A stretch of 64,000 nucleotides of DNA from NCBI GenBank assembly GCA_973895155.1, contig OZ316897.1, positions 11,989,832-12,053,831 on the forward strand, given 5' to 3'. Shown here one piece after another: positions 52,133 to 64,000 of the stretch. Within the stretch, counting starts at the first letter, position 1. Each line of letters starts with the position of its first letter. The notes below the pieces were generated by a model. That model had not been told where the DNA came from, made no database searches, and worked only from the letters and a program-made list of their open reading frames with translations. The position numbers were made by a program, and so were the translations under genes. The DNA comes from Marsupella aquatica (lineage: Eukaryota; Plantae; Marchantiophyta).

Positions 52133-54268
52133 CGGGAGTCCTACTCAAAGTTAATATAATGTGATCTGTTGGGGACTCCCCATTACTTGTACATCAACAT
52201 ATGTACGACTCTGAACACTCTTTGTGTTACAGTACCTTAATTGTCGCTCAAATTCGCAAAAGTGATTTTCACTTGCTTCCAGTATTTAGCAGGTGAGCAT
52301 TTCAAATTTTCCCAGCCAGAAACTTATACTACTTTTCCTGTGTTTGATTGATACATACAGCTAGCCAAAACATGTGTTTGGGGCCTAATCCAACAGAAAA
52401 TATTAGTTTGGCCTCGTATAAAGTTTTTCAGATTGTGGTGTTAGGAATGTAATTCCCTTCCCATTTCCCCAAACCCTAATTTTTTAGCCCCAAGTTAATG
52501 GAATGTCACCTTCTTTTTCTACTTCTTAGGTTCCTGCAATAATGATGAAATAAGGCAATGTCTATGGTTGGGTGTATTAGCTTTAGACTTCAAGGCAAGA
52601 AGAAGAAGAAGAAGAAGAAGAAAAAGAATCATGTAAGTTTGGTGTATGTTCTGATTATTGTCATGCCAAGATTCAACCTGCAACATGTGTTGTGCTAATT
52701 CCATGTCTTGGCCACCCAATTAACCAGCCCCACTATGTGCAAAATGATCCACCTGCATGCCTATAGCAACTTCAACCTTGAGCTGCGAAACCCAGTTTCT
52801 AGCTATAGAGACTCCTGGAATTGTCTATCAGCATACCCTGCAAAAGTTTTGCCAAAGTCCACCTGACTGAAAAGTCACTGCCACTTTTGGCAAAAATCAG
52901 CAAGGCATGTTGTCTTGGATTAGCTAGTTTCTCACCTAGTCACATATCCCCTAGACAGAACCTCAAAATTATCCTTAAGTCTAAGATTATCTAAGTTGCG
53001 AAAGTAATCTCTGAAAGGAATCACAAAAGTTCGAAAAGGAATATATTGGGCACGTTCTACTCTACAGAACTCCGACGTTCCTTGAAATAGGAAACCCAGT
53101 TTTTGCTATAAATACATGTGCAAAGTTTCTGATAATTTTAGTAACCCCTATGAAATCTTGTCTTTTTGGTCTTTTACTTTAATTGCTTCATTCCTGAAAG
53201 GCATTCAATTATTCAAATCATAGGATGCACAAAAGTGGATTTATCTAGAGCCAGTAACCAAAATCCAAAAATCAGTGAGGACCAAGTTAAGACTAGTTTT
53301 ATCTTGTAGCGGCCATGACAGCTCCCTATATTGAAACAAGCAATTAAGATTGTCAGGGGTAGGCAAAAAGTAAAAGAGCACAAGTGGAGAAAAGATAAGA
53401 TATGCAAAAGAACTAAAGAAGAGCTTTCCCAAGAAAGGCCTCTCTCACAAAGGCTGAACATAATGCTTGAGACATGACAAGATAGCTTTTAGAGCCGCTA
53501 GATGTTAGAGTTGCCTAGTAAAGAGAGTAGGGGGGGGGGGGGGGGGGGTGGTGGACACTGCTTCACTGAAAAATGACCAATAAATTCTGTAAACAAATGT
53601 TGCCTAGGAAAGAGAGAAGGGGGAAGACAACTTTAGAGAGGCCAAACTACCAATTTACTAAGCCAAATTTTAGTATCCCAAACTGGTTGAAATTAGTAAC
53701 CTGCCCCTAAACTAATTTAACTATCAGGGTGCCCCCCATTTCATCTGTGATTGGCTTACCTTGATGAAATTATCCTGAGATTGCATGCAATTGGTTTGCA
53801 GACACAGAAGAGTGTGATTTGTCCATGCCCTCCAACTCCAACTGTATCCTCAACCCCTCCAATTGTATTCTCACCCTGGACCATATTTCCCTCCAAAAAT
53901 CACCCGGAACCCAGGTGCCAACTGATGGCTACAAATAATACCTATTGTGTTTCTGGCCCCCTAATTTGCCCCACTTTTAAGATGGGAGGGGGTTAGCTAC
54001 TTAGCTTGGACAAATTATGAGTCTCCACATTTCCAAAACCCAATCACATGTCATCTCCTGTCAGTCTAGTCAGGTTAAACCATAAGTGCACCTATAAAGG
54101 GCTATGGGTTACGGGCTACTTTTTCATTATAAAGTGCAGAGGTTGTGGAATGGGCTTGAGCTACATAAAAGGTGGTGAGTGCAATACCTTTAATTAGCAA
54201 GTGCTCCATCTTTTGTGGTGAAACACTTTTCACCACAGGACAGGAATGAGTAGTAGTGAGAGAGGGAA

Positions 54269-54815
54269 TGAGGCTTTTATAAGGGCAGGTGTGGTTGAAG
54301 CCAACCCACATCTCAACTAGAGTAGTTTGGGGACACTAAAATAAAAATATGGGGACACTAAAATCAAAATATGGTATGAGGCTTTTATAGGGGCAGGTGT
54401 GGTATGTTGAAGCCAACCCACATACAAACTAGAGTAGTTTGGGGGACACTAAAATAAGAATATGGCTTACTAAAAAGGGTCACACAAAGCCCAGAAAAAT
54501 ATGGTTTTCACTGACTGTTCCCTTTCTGTAAGGTTTCACATATTTCCCCTTTAAAAAAGGAAAAAGGGTCACAAAGTAAAATGGAGTAGAGGCATAAGAC
54601 CAACAAAATATAGAGAGGGTCACAAAGTAAAATGGAGTAGAGGCAGAAGACCAACAATTCACATATTTCCCCTTTAAAAAAGGAAAAGGGTCACAAAGTA
54701 AAATGGAGTAGAGGCAGAAGACCAACAAAATATAGAGAGGGTCGCAAAGTAAAATGGAGTAGAGGCAGAAGACCAACAAAATATAGAGAGGAAGGAAACA
54801 AATATAGAGAGGAAG
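54269..54815. repeat. Compound tandem repeats upstream of the PhnP-like gene
   Basis: tgaggcttttata...gggacactaaaataa x2, and gggtc(a/g)caaagtaaaatggagtagaggca(t/g)aagaccaacaa x4. Confidence 0.85.
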
Positions 54816-55405
54816 GAAAGAGAAAGTCCAGGAAGGACTACAGTCATGAAGAACTTGTCTTGTAAAGTTTCTGAGGAAGGACTTCAGCCATGAAAACCTT
54901 GTCTTGTAAAGTCTCTGAATCTGGTCTCCGATCCGAACGAAGCACAACACGAGAAGAGACTTGCGAAGATTGGGACCCAAAACAGATTTTCACATCGGTT
55001 CCGTTCCTTTCAAAGATCACTAGACTCGATTAGACTGAAGATTTCTATCGACAAGTCCAGACCAGTTTGAAGAATTCATTCGAGGCGTGTGTACTGTGTA
55101 CCATTCGTTCCTTCGTGTCTCCCCTTCCTCCCTCCCTTGCTCCCTCCCTTCGTTCCCGGTCAATTGCTTGGCCCTGAAGTGGAGAACGCTTTCTGGGCTG
55201 TCGTTTAGAGAGGCTCAGGATGACGTTGACGATTCTGTCTGCCAAATTAGATGTTGGGCAAAGTTGGAGCTCTGGCTTAGATTAGAGCAGAGAGGCATCC
55301 GGGCTAATGCATTGCCTTTGTGGGTGGAAGAAGGAAAGAAAGGAAGGAAGGAAGGAAGACCCTTCAATTTGAGGCTGTTCTCTGTCGTGGCTGAGAAGGA
55401 GCGCA

Positions 55406-58400
55406 ATGGATAGCAAGCAGAATGGAAATGGGATGTTGGGCGGTACTGTAGATGATGTGGCGGATGTTCCATTTCAGTGCGTTTCCAATGATGTTGTGAA
55501 GCAAGATGTGTCATCATCGTCCTCCTCCGCCGGACATCTCAGAGAGGGGATGTCGGAATTGATATTTCTTGGATCGGGATCCTCAACTGGGATTCCGAGT
55601 CCCATCTGTTTGATGCAGCCAACTCAACCGCCGTGCTTTGTGTGCCACAGTGCAATGGAAGGTCCGCCGGAGCTGAATAGAAATTACAGGTACGGCGATT
55701 TTCTATGCATGTAGTGCATGGGCAGGCAACTATCTCGTGACAGCTGAAAAGAATCAACGAATAGGTTGCTTGCTCTTCTTGCTTGAGCAGGAAACGTGCA
55801 TCTTCCTGTGAGATTGGGACTAGTTCGTAACAAATATTGGCACAAACGCAGCAAATCGGTAGCTGCAGATCAATAATGTGGAAGCCGTTTTCTTGGATCT
55901 AGCTGAGCTTAAAGGGCTAGTGCTCTCTTCCTCACACTCTTGATTTCTGGAATGTAAAGTTTCTGAATCTGGTCTCCGATCCAGAATTCGGTTTTGGCCT
56001 CTGAATGTTAAGTTTGACATGGCGTACTAACGGAAAGTTGATACAGGTGCAATCCGTCTCTTCTTATCAACTATTTACATGAAGATGGGAAGCGTCGATA
56101 TATTCAAATAGATGCTGGGAAAAATTTCAAGGAACAAGTGTTGCGTTGGTATATCGCACATAAAGTTCCACGGTTAGATGCTGTGAGTGCATAAGAGGTG
56201 CCCACACTCTTCTACTAATTCGTATGGAATTAGCACAACCCGGGAATCACTGTTTGAAGCCTGCATTTACTGTTGCAACTTGATTTTCTTTCTATGTCTC
56301 AATATTCTTTGACTTGTCACCGCGTCGGAAGTTGGTGGTTAAATTCCAAAGTAGAGGGTGTGTCCAGGGTGTGGTGGAATTATATACCCAGAATATCATG
56401 TAATTTATAGTTAATGGACAAATGGCTATTCATGCACTGTCCAGGTCATGGAATTAGAGCTAGATTCTGAAAATGACAACCCTAAGCCATCACTCTCGAA
56501 CTTCTAGTTCCTGCATTTGATGAACTATTCATTTTTCGTTCATGAATAGAGCAACGTTCATTCATGTCAACATTCGAGAACGTTCTATTCATGTCGTTGC
56601 TCTATTCATTTTTCCGATTGTACAATGGAAAGAGATTTTGTCAATTTTATTCCCTTAGTTTCATCACCCGTGTATTTGCACTGATGTTGTTGGTCTAAAC
56701 TCGTTATTTCTAAATCGTCGGATTTCTGTGCAGCTTATTTTGACTCACGAACATGCAGATGCAATCCTTGGTCTTGACGATATCAGAGGCGTACAGGCGT
56801 ACAGCACTCACAATAACATTGAACCAATGCCTATTTTCCTAACCCAGAAAAGCATGGAAAGGTATTGCTCATCTCCTGATTTCATCCTCCAATATATGTT
56901 TTCGTTCACCTTGGCGATTTCGGCTCAGCATGCTGTTTGCTGAGGCTCTCTGAAATACTGTGAGGGAAGACGATTTTCTTGATTATACTCGCACGATATG
57001 ACTGATTGCAGTGTGCAGCAAAAGTTCCCATATTTGGTAAGAAAGCCATTAAAGGAGGGTGAGGAGGTTCGTCGGGTGGCACAATTAGATTGGCGAGTTA
57101 TAGAGGCCTCTTTCTCAAAATTTGAAGCCGCTGGTCTTGATATCACGCCATTACCTGTAAGGGAGCCTTGAAGCAATGAACATTTTGATATAATGTCTAT
57201 CTTTTGTCCTTTCAGATCTTTTACTAACAGATTTTGATGGCGATGTCTTTCTACTCAAATTCACAACTTTCTCTCCCTCATGAGCATGATTGTTTATAAT
57301 TTTCCCTACTGCAACGTATGATTTAGTTGATGAGGGTTGACTGGTTGGAGATGATGATAGTTTGAATTTGAGATTAAGGTAGAGACTTGTGTCCATCGAT
57401 TCCAGGTTATGCATGGAGAAGACTATATTAGCCTCGGGTTTCTTTTTGGAAGAAAGTCGATCGTTGTTTACATCTCGGATGTGTCCCGGATACCTGCAAG
57501 CACTGAGCAAGGTACTTGATGTTCACTTCTGATCTGCATGAAGAATGCCAGGTTAACAGAGAGAATCTTTGTTTCATCTGTTGTGCTTTAAGGTACTACT
57601 TTGTGGTGTTTAGAAGGTACGAAGTTCTGATTTCATTGAAATCTGAAATCTGAAATCTGAAATCTGATATCTGATATCTGTCGGCCCTCTCCAGAGATAT
57701 TTAGAGCAGGTGCAATTGAGGTACTTGTCATCGATTGTTTGTACAAGGTGCATATGGGACCTTTCCAGTGGATTACGCTTTGGTTTGTGAACTTTCTGCT
57801 TGGCGAGATTCTTTCTCCAGAAGTGTGTCTAAGTTGCGTGCTTTTTGAAACAGAAAGGCCCGCACAACACTCACTTCTGCTGGGATGAGGTAATCTGCAC
57901 TCAGTACCTTCTTGAACAGTATACTAGTATCAACCTATAGATCACTTCAAGGGAATTTGTGCTCGCTATTCTTCAATCCCCTTTCAGTATTTCTTCTCGT
58001 TACAAATACTCAGTAGCTCACAATTGTCTAAATTTTTGTTGGCATGGTGATATTTTTAGAGTTTAAGTGCAGTGAAAAGATTGCGCCCAAAACGTGCCTT
58101 CTTTGTTGGTATGACGCATGACTTTTACCATGAACGGGAGAATTCGGAGTTGGCAGACTGGTCTAAAAGGTAATTGTCAATGACTGACAATAAATATTAT
58201 AGAGAATGTGCTCAGTTATTGCTGTAACAAAGCTTGATGTGTGGTCTTAAAAGTCTCCTACAGTTGCAGACACAGACACAGACACAGACACAGACAACCT
58301 GATGAATATCTAAGTCCACCGCAAACGATAACCTTACGACTTGTCTTGTTATTAATGGATGGTTTCCCCGCAGGGAGGGCATTGATGTGCAGTTAGCCTA

Positions 58401-58431
58401 CGATGGGATGAGGGTGCCAGTGTCGATCTGA
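55406..58431 (+). CDS. Metallo-beta-lactamase fold hydrolase, PhnP/C777.06c-like (9 exons)
   Basis: Exons 55406-55689, 56047-56182, 56734-56861, 57012-57156, 57406-57511, 57695-57747, 57854-57889, 58060-58169, 58374-58431. Motifs FLGSGSSTGIP, THEHADAILGLDD, PVMHG, YISDVS, GMTH, AYDG. Confidence 0.92.
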
Positions 58432-59164
58432 TATTTGCCACCGTCTCTAGTTACAAATTGGGCAGTTCCTTCATTGTGATAGGATTGGACACATTGTCTT
58501 AAAAGTTTTAATACCTTGCTAGATTGAATTCTTAGACATTCTATTTTGCTGCTGAATGTTATACAATTGTCAGTACACGGACCTGTACTTTGGCAGCAAG
58601 GTCCAACAGCACGTGGATTATTCTTTCCCCATGTTTTGAACATAGCATCAATGTACAAGGGCAGTTTATACTCGAACTTTTAATTCTGATTTCTGTTAGT
58701 ACGTTTCTTATTGGATCTGTGTAGCTCTGGATAGGACTCGTGAAATTGTCGGCCAGCTTAAATGACTTTTCTATCCTAGAGCCCAACGAGGAAATAGTTT
58801 TTAGTAAACGTCTGTGCTGTTAAAGCAACGTAAATGGTCATGACACTACAGTAGCCTTGTGAAAAGAAATGGGATTTAGCCTTCCGAATATAATAGGAAA
58901 AGACCAGGAATCTCCAATAAATAAGGTTATGGACTCCAGCCAAGCCTCTGTTGTGACCCCCCAGGCAGGGCCCTACCATCTTAGAGAGGCGCTGGAGTCT
59001 CCAGGAAGCAGCGTTCCTCTCCCGGCAGGATTTACGCCCTCTTGTGGAGTTTTGAATGCGTTGTACCAATTCTAGCTTAGAGGGCATCCTCTTAACTGGT
59101 TGTGACTGAAATCTTAAATATGGTTAATTGTTTAATCCGTCAACATGAAGGCTGGGAGGACCAA

Positions 59165-61576
59165 CTAGATAGCCATCAGGATAAAGCTTTCAGTGAAATT
59201 TAGCCCTATGAATTTGCTGAAATCAAGCTTGCACTCTATTGACATGTTGACGGGAGGGTCTAAAAACTTTCCAGTAAGAAGTAGTTCTGCAGTAACTCGA
59301 TTGAAAGCATCAGTGTAATGAATGCCATCCCAACTGATGTAATCACTTGGGTTATTGCAGGACTCCGCTGACACAGTGACATTATTTAGGATGCCTGTTC
59401 TTGAGCACTGCACTGATGAATCGTAATTGTGTTGTCCGCCAACTCCAAAACAAGCATAGCAAACCTTGGAAGAGATTGCCATCACAGAAGTCTCTAATTT
59501 ACTCGATCGAATAACAATCAGCGACGGAGAAAAAGATTGAAGTGGAGTATGGAGTGACGGAGTCAAACCAATCTAGCAAAAACTGAAGGGCGACAGTGAG
59601 GCTATAAAGACACATTGGCTCAGGGGAAAATATGAATAATCTCTCCGCCCCCCAAAACGGTCCTGTTTTTAAAAACGAATCTCAACGTCGTGAAGCAATA
59701 TCTTGGAGAGGAATTGCTATGGTGAACTGAAGATAAAGTACAAAAAGCAAACGTGCCCTTCCTTGCGCTTTTACCCGTTTGCACAATTTCAAGTTCAAAT
59801 GGGTTTCCACGGTGGAAAGTTATCTGATGCTTTGTATTATTTTCAGAATAAGACAAGTAATTCAGAACTGAGGGAGTCGTAAAACTAAATTTTGTTTCCA
59901 CAATGCGATTCGTGTAAGAAAGGGTTGGGGGTGCGGGGATATGGAGCGACATAACAATCCTGAAACAGATTCTTAGAAAAAGGTAACACTTTGTACAAAA
60001 TTCTACTTCGTTCACACTCCAGTTGGGATGACCATGTGGGATGAGGTGAGCAGGGATAATCCTTCCTAGCTAAAAATCACAAAACCATTTATCAAGGTTT
60101 AAACTCACTTGAATGCCTCGAATGATGGACTGCACAATTCGAGGGACAATTGTTGCAATAACTCTGCTTGGTGAAAGGCTGTCTAAAGTGTAAGCAAATG
60201 TTAAGTCGTTTCTTCCAAACGACAGGATGTAGAGACCTTTGCTGAAGACAGTATCTTCTGGAAGCGAACTTTTGTACTGAGAAGGTATCCCTGCACCACG
60301 GATATAAAAATAAGATTGTGTATATAATTGTATGTACATTCATGTATAATACTTGATTCTTACAGGGGCCCCATTCTGCTTTCGAAGAAATGCTTTCTGC
60401 CGGCTTGTTTGGTTACTAGAGTGCTGTAAAACCTTGCGAGTGGACATTTCATACCACAGAACGCCGTAAGCAGCATTTATTAACTCCCATGGGCGTTGGT
60501 CATATCCACTACCCAAAATGACATACTTCGTAAAAAATAAACGATTTGCAGATCCCGTGTCAGCACCCTTGCAAGGTTTGATACTCCCTGCGGATCTGTC
60601 CAGAGAGTTCATGGACATTCAGGATCGGGTTGGGAACAAAGCACAAGGGCAAACTTTTTCCTGTTCATGATCAATTCCAGCTCCTCAATCCTGTCCTTCA
60701 CACTGTCGGGAAAACGGGACTGCATTGAAGAGAGTATGTTCAAGGGGCGGGAGAGATGAGGTGAAGGATATTCTCACCGGGGTTCTGCTTTGCGGCCTGC
60801 GCGAACAATTTGAACCTCGAGAACTGCGCTACTTGGAAATCCAGATGAAAGGGTACAGAAGGGGCTTCGGCTGTAGCAGTTGCTCCTGATACCGCGAAGT
60901 TGACCCCATAGCGGAAGTCTGGTGCTATGCTCTGCAGATACCCAGTAAGCAGAGGGTACCCAGATGCCAGAGCTGAACCACAACACGGAGAGTCCATTAT
61001 CACACAGAACCTACAAAACTTTGAAAGCGGCAATTGAACGCATGCCAGAAAGTGCTGTGACACTGGATAATGTTTAACTCAGGTAGTTTGTCAAGTTTTG
61101 TTCATGACGCAGGGAAATGCGCCCGTGGAGAGTCTGGCCGGGTTCTCGAGTTCCTCCCGTCCAATCTTTGCCTCTCTGCATGCCAGGGTCTAGAATCGTG
61201 TATAGCTCACACAGCTCTGCATTGCTACTGCACGGAAGAGGTAGCACTCACCGAGGAAGTCGACCACGAGGCGTCCATCAGAAAATCGGAGTGCATTACG
61301 GCCGAAGAAAGTGTTTCCGTATGGTGGGTTCTCCGAAGCAAAGAGTCCCGGGAGCGCAAATGGCCCAGAGCCCGTGTCACCCAGAGATGTTCCAAAGCTG
61401 AAGAAGCCCGTCGGGCATTGGAACACCGAGGAGGGGATCTCGATCATTAACGCTCTTCCCCGAGGAATGACCATCATCCACAGCATTGCAACGGCGATGA
61501 CAATGTTCAGGTGCACTCCAAATTGGGAGCTGGAAAGGAACTGAATCGGTCCTCTTTGAACTGGGATCGACATCAT
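59165..61576 (-). pseudogene. GDSL esterase/lipase lacking the usual fourth exon (internally deleted or pseudogene)
   Basis: Exons 61576-61252 (FGTSLGDTG, RFSDGRLVVDFL), 60972-60778 (GVNFAVSGA), 60290-60109 (FGRND), 59464-59165 (SWDGIHYTDA). No GAR../P.GC.P exon is recognisable in 59465-60108. Confidence 0.75.
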
Positions 61577-61634
61577 CCAGCAGGAAGAAACTTGACCTTG
61601 ATCTAATTCTTTCCGGATTCACAGGAGCCAAAAC

Positions 61635-62975
61635 AGGATCATCTCAATCAGTAATTCAGGTCTATTCTGCAGCGATTTATGATCGAATTGCCCTCCGTGT
61701 CCACTTCTACCTCCAGGATCATCTCAATCAGTATTTCAAGTCCAGTCTGCAGCGATTCATTCTTGAGATGTCCCTTGTTGAGCGCTTCATCAGGCAAGCT
61801 CATGAAATGCACCGCACACAGCTGCCTCAGCAGTGTGCGGAGATCTATTCGAGGAATCAAGCCTTCACAGTTCATCACAAATTCTTACCCCAATTGCCCT
61901 CCCCCCACTTCTACCACTCCTAGGATCATCTCAATCCGTAATTTAGGTCCGTTCTGCAGCGATTCATTCTTGAGATGTCCCCTGTTGAGCACTTCATCAG
62001 ACAAGCTCATAAAATGCACCGCACAGTGCTGCCCTGAGCAGTGTGCGGAGATCTGTTCAAGGGCTCAAGCTTTCCAGGTTTATCACACAAATTCATGTCC
62101 AAATTGCCCTCCCTGTCCACTTCTCCCACTCCCATGATCATTTCAATCAGTAATTCAGGTCCACTCCGCAGCAATTCATTCGTGAAATGTCACCTGTTGA
62201 GCACTTCGTCAGGCAAGCTCATGAAATGCACCGCAGAGAGCTGCCTCAGCAGTGCGCCGAGATCTGTTCAGGGAATTAAGCCTTCACGGCTTATCATACA
62301 ACTTCATGTCCAAATTGCCCTCCTTGTCCTCTTCTACCACTCCCAGGATCATCTCAATCAGTAATTCAGGCAATTCATTCGTGAGATGTCCCCCGTTGAG
62401 CACTTCATCAGGCAAGCTCATGAAATGCACCGCACACAGTTGCTTCAGCAGTGTGCTGAGATCTGTTCAAGGAATCAAGCCTTCACAGTTCAGGGCACAA
62501 ATTCATGTCCAAATTGCCCTCCCTGTCCACTTCTCCCACTTCCAGGATCATCTCAATCAATAATTCAGGTCCATTCTGCAGCGATTCATTCTTGAGATGT
62601 CCCCTGTTGAGCACCTCACCCGGCAAGCTCATGAAATGCACCGCACAGTGCTGCCCTGGGCAGTGTGCCAATATCTGTTCAAGGAATCAAGACTTCACAG
62701 TTGATCACACAAATTCATGTCCAAATTGCCCCCCATGTCCCACTTCTACCACTACCAGGATCACCTCAATCAGTAATCCATGTCCATTCTGCAGAAATTC
62801 ATTCTTGAGATGTCCCCTTGAGCACTTCATCCGGCAAGCTCATGAAAATGCAACCACACGAAGCTGGCCTGAGCACTTTGCCGAGATTTGTCGAAGGAAT
62901 CAAGCGTTCCCGGTGCACCATACAAATTCATGTCCAAATTGCCCTCCCCGTCCACTGCTCCCACTGCCAGGATCC
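61635..62975. repeat. Satellite-like tandem array, ~212-bp unit, ~6 copies plus a partial
   Basis: Unit anchor aggatcatctcaatc (with variants) at 61635, 61715, 61922, 62134, 62345, 62544, 62757, 62969. Confidence 0.95.
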
Positions 62976-63262
62976 TCTCTGATGTGCCTTCCCGGCTGAT
63001 AAGAACTCATGTGGCGTTTAAACGCTCCACCCAGTACTGTCACAGGTACATCTCCCAATATGAAAATGCAAAATCTCTTCCTCGTTTTTGGGGGTTGCAT
63101 TGCCTCTTTTTTAGTGTGTGCTATTGGTCCTCTTTGGACCTCTTTTGCTTTCCCTTTCCTTTCGAACATGAAATTGCAAAAGGGAAGGTCCTGTGGGTCC
63201 ACCTCAATCAAGGTCAGAATCGTATCTGCCCATACCGTATCAGTTTTAACAAGCTCAGGGGG

Positions 63263-63414
63263 TAATCAGGAATGATTGGCCAAGGAATTCAGTTAATCAG
63301 GAATGATTGCCCAAGGAATTCAGTTAATTAGGAATGATTGCCCAATGAATTCAGTTAATCTGGGCTGATTGCCCAGGAATTCAGTTAATCAGGAATGATT
63401 GGCCGGGAATTCAG
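63263..63414. repeat. 31-bp minisatellite, ~5 copies
   Basis: taatcaggaatgattg(g/c)ccaaggaattcagt starting at 63263, 63294, 63325, 63356, 63386. Confidence 0.95.
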
Positions 63415-64000
63415 GGTGGCTTTGCAAAGAAGTATGGGGCATTTTTGACCAGCTTGTTTTTTAAGGTTTTTTCCACGTTGTTTGAATGGGAGAAGTTGTA
63501 TGAACATGACTTATCTACTGTAGTTTTCTTGGATTAATTTATGATCGTGAGATCTCCCTAGATTTAAGGATAATTGTCAGATTCGGGCTAATGGGGTCTA
63601 TGGGTGATTCGAACATGCCTACTGGAAGACAAAAAAAACCTAGCCAACTTTTGCAAAAAGTGGTACACACTTTTCAAAGTAGTGGAATCTAATCAATTTC
63701 TGCCACCAAAAGTTGCACTTCTTGTCCTAAAGATAGACTAGACTTCAGACCAAAAACCTTTTACAAAAATTGGGACAACAATGGAGCAGTTACTTCCAAG
63801 AATTTGCCATTAAATTTGATCACCAACAGTTCATATCAAGACCTGTCCATTTTGGCTTTACATGAAATTCAGAGGTCATTTACTCATTTGTATTGAACCC
63901 TATCCCAATCCTAGACTAACTAGAGTGGGTCCCCCAAAATGCTTACGCAGGCAGTGTAATTTTGGCTAAAATTTACACCTCCTCCAGAAGTGGTATTCTG

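Noticed and set aside
61635-63414. CRISPR-like array or repeat-protein gene
   Set aside because: Units are contiguous diverged copies with no unique spacers, there are no cas genes, the context is eukaryotic, and ORFs shift frame between units.

Overview
Eukaryotic land-plant nuclear DNA with GT-AG introns and CpG-depleted intergenic tracts; the gene and TE content looks bryophyte/liverwort-like (inference). Host genes: a multi-exon SAAL1-like ARM protein, a multi-exon GGCT/ChaC-like conserved plant protein, an intronless protein resembling the N-terminal domain of USP9X/USP24, an intronless PHR1-like MYB-CC factor, an intronless V-ATPase subunit E, an ATL RING-H2 ligase, a 9-exon PhnP-like metallo-beta-lactamase hydrolase, and a GDSL lipase apparently missing an internal exon. 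The most unusual element is at 7-3335: a spliced, damaged DUF3504/Crypton-type tyrosine recombinase gene with a GC-rich repeat leader and a 91-nt hairpin. The 24.6-41 kb gene desert holds MULE-type MITEs with 10-bp TSDs, a tRNA-derived SINE, Harbinger and retroelement remnants. A CRE-clade LINE fragment lies at about 47 kb and a ~212-bp satellite at 61.6-63 kb. All family assignments come from motif recognition by eye, not database searches.
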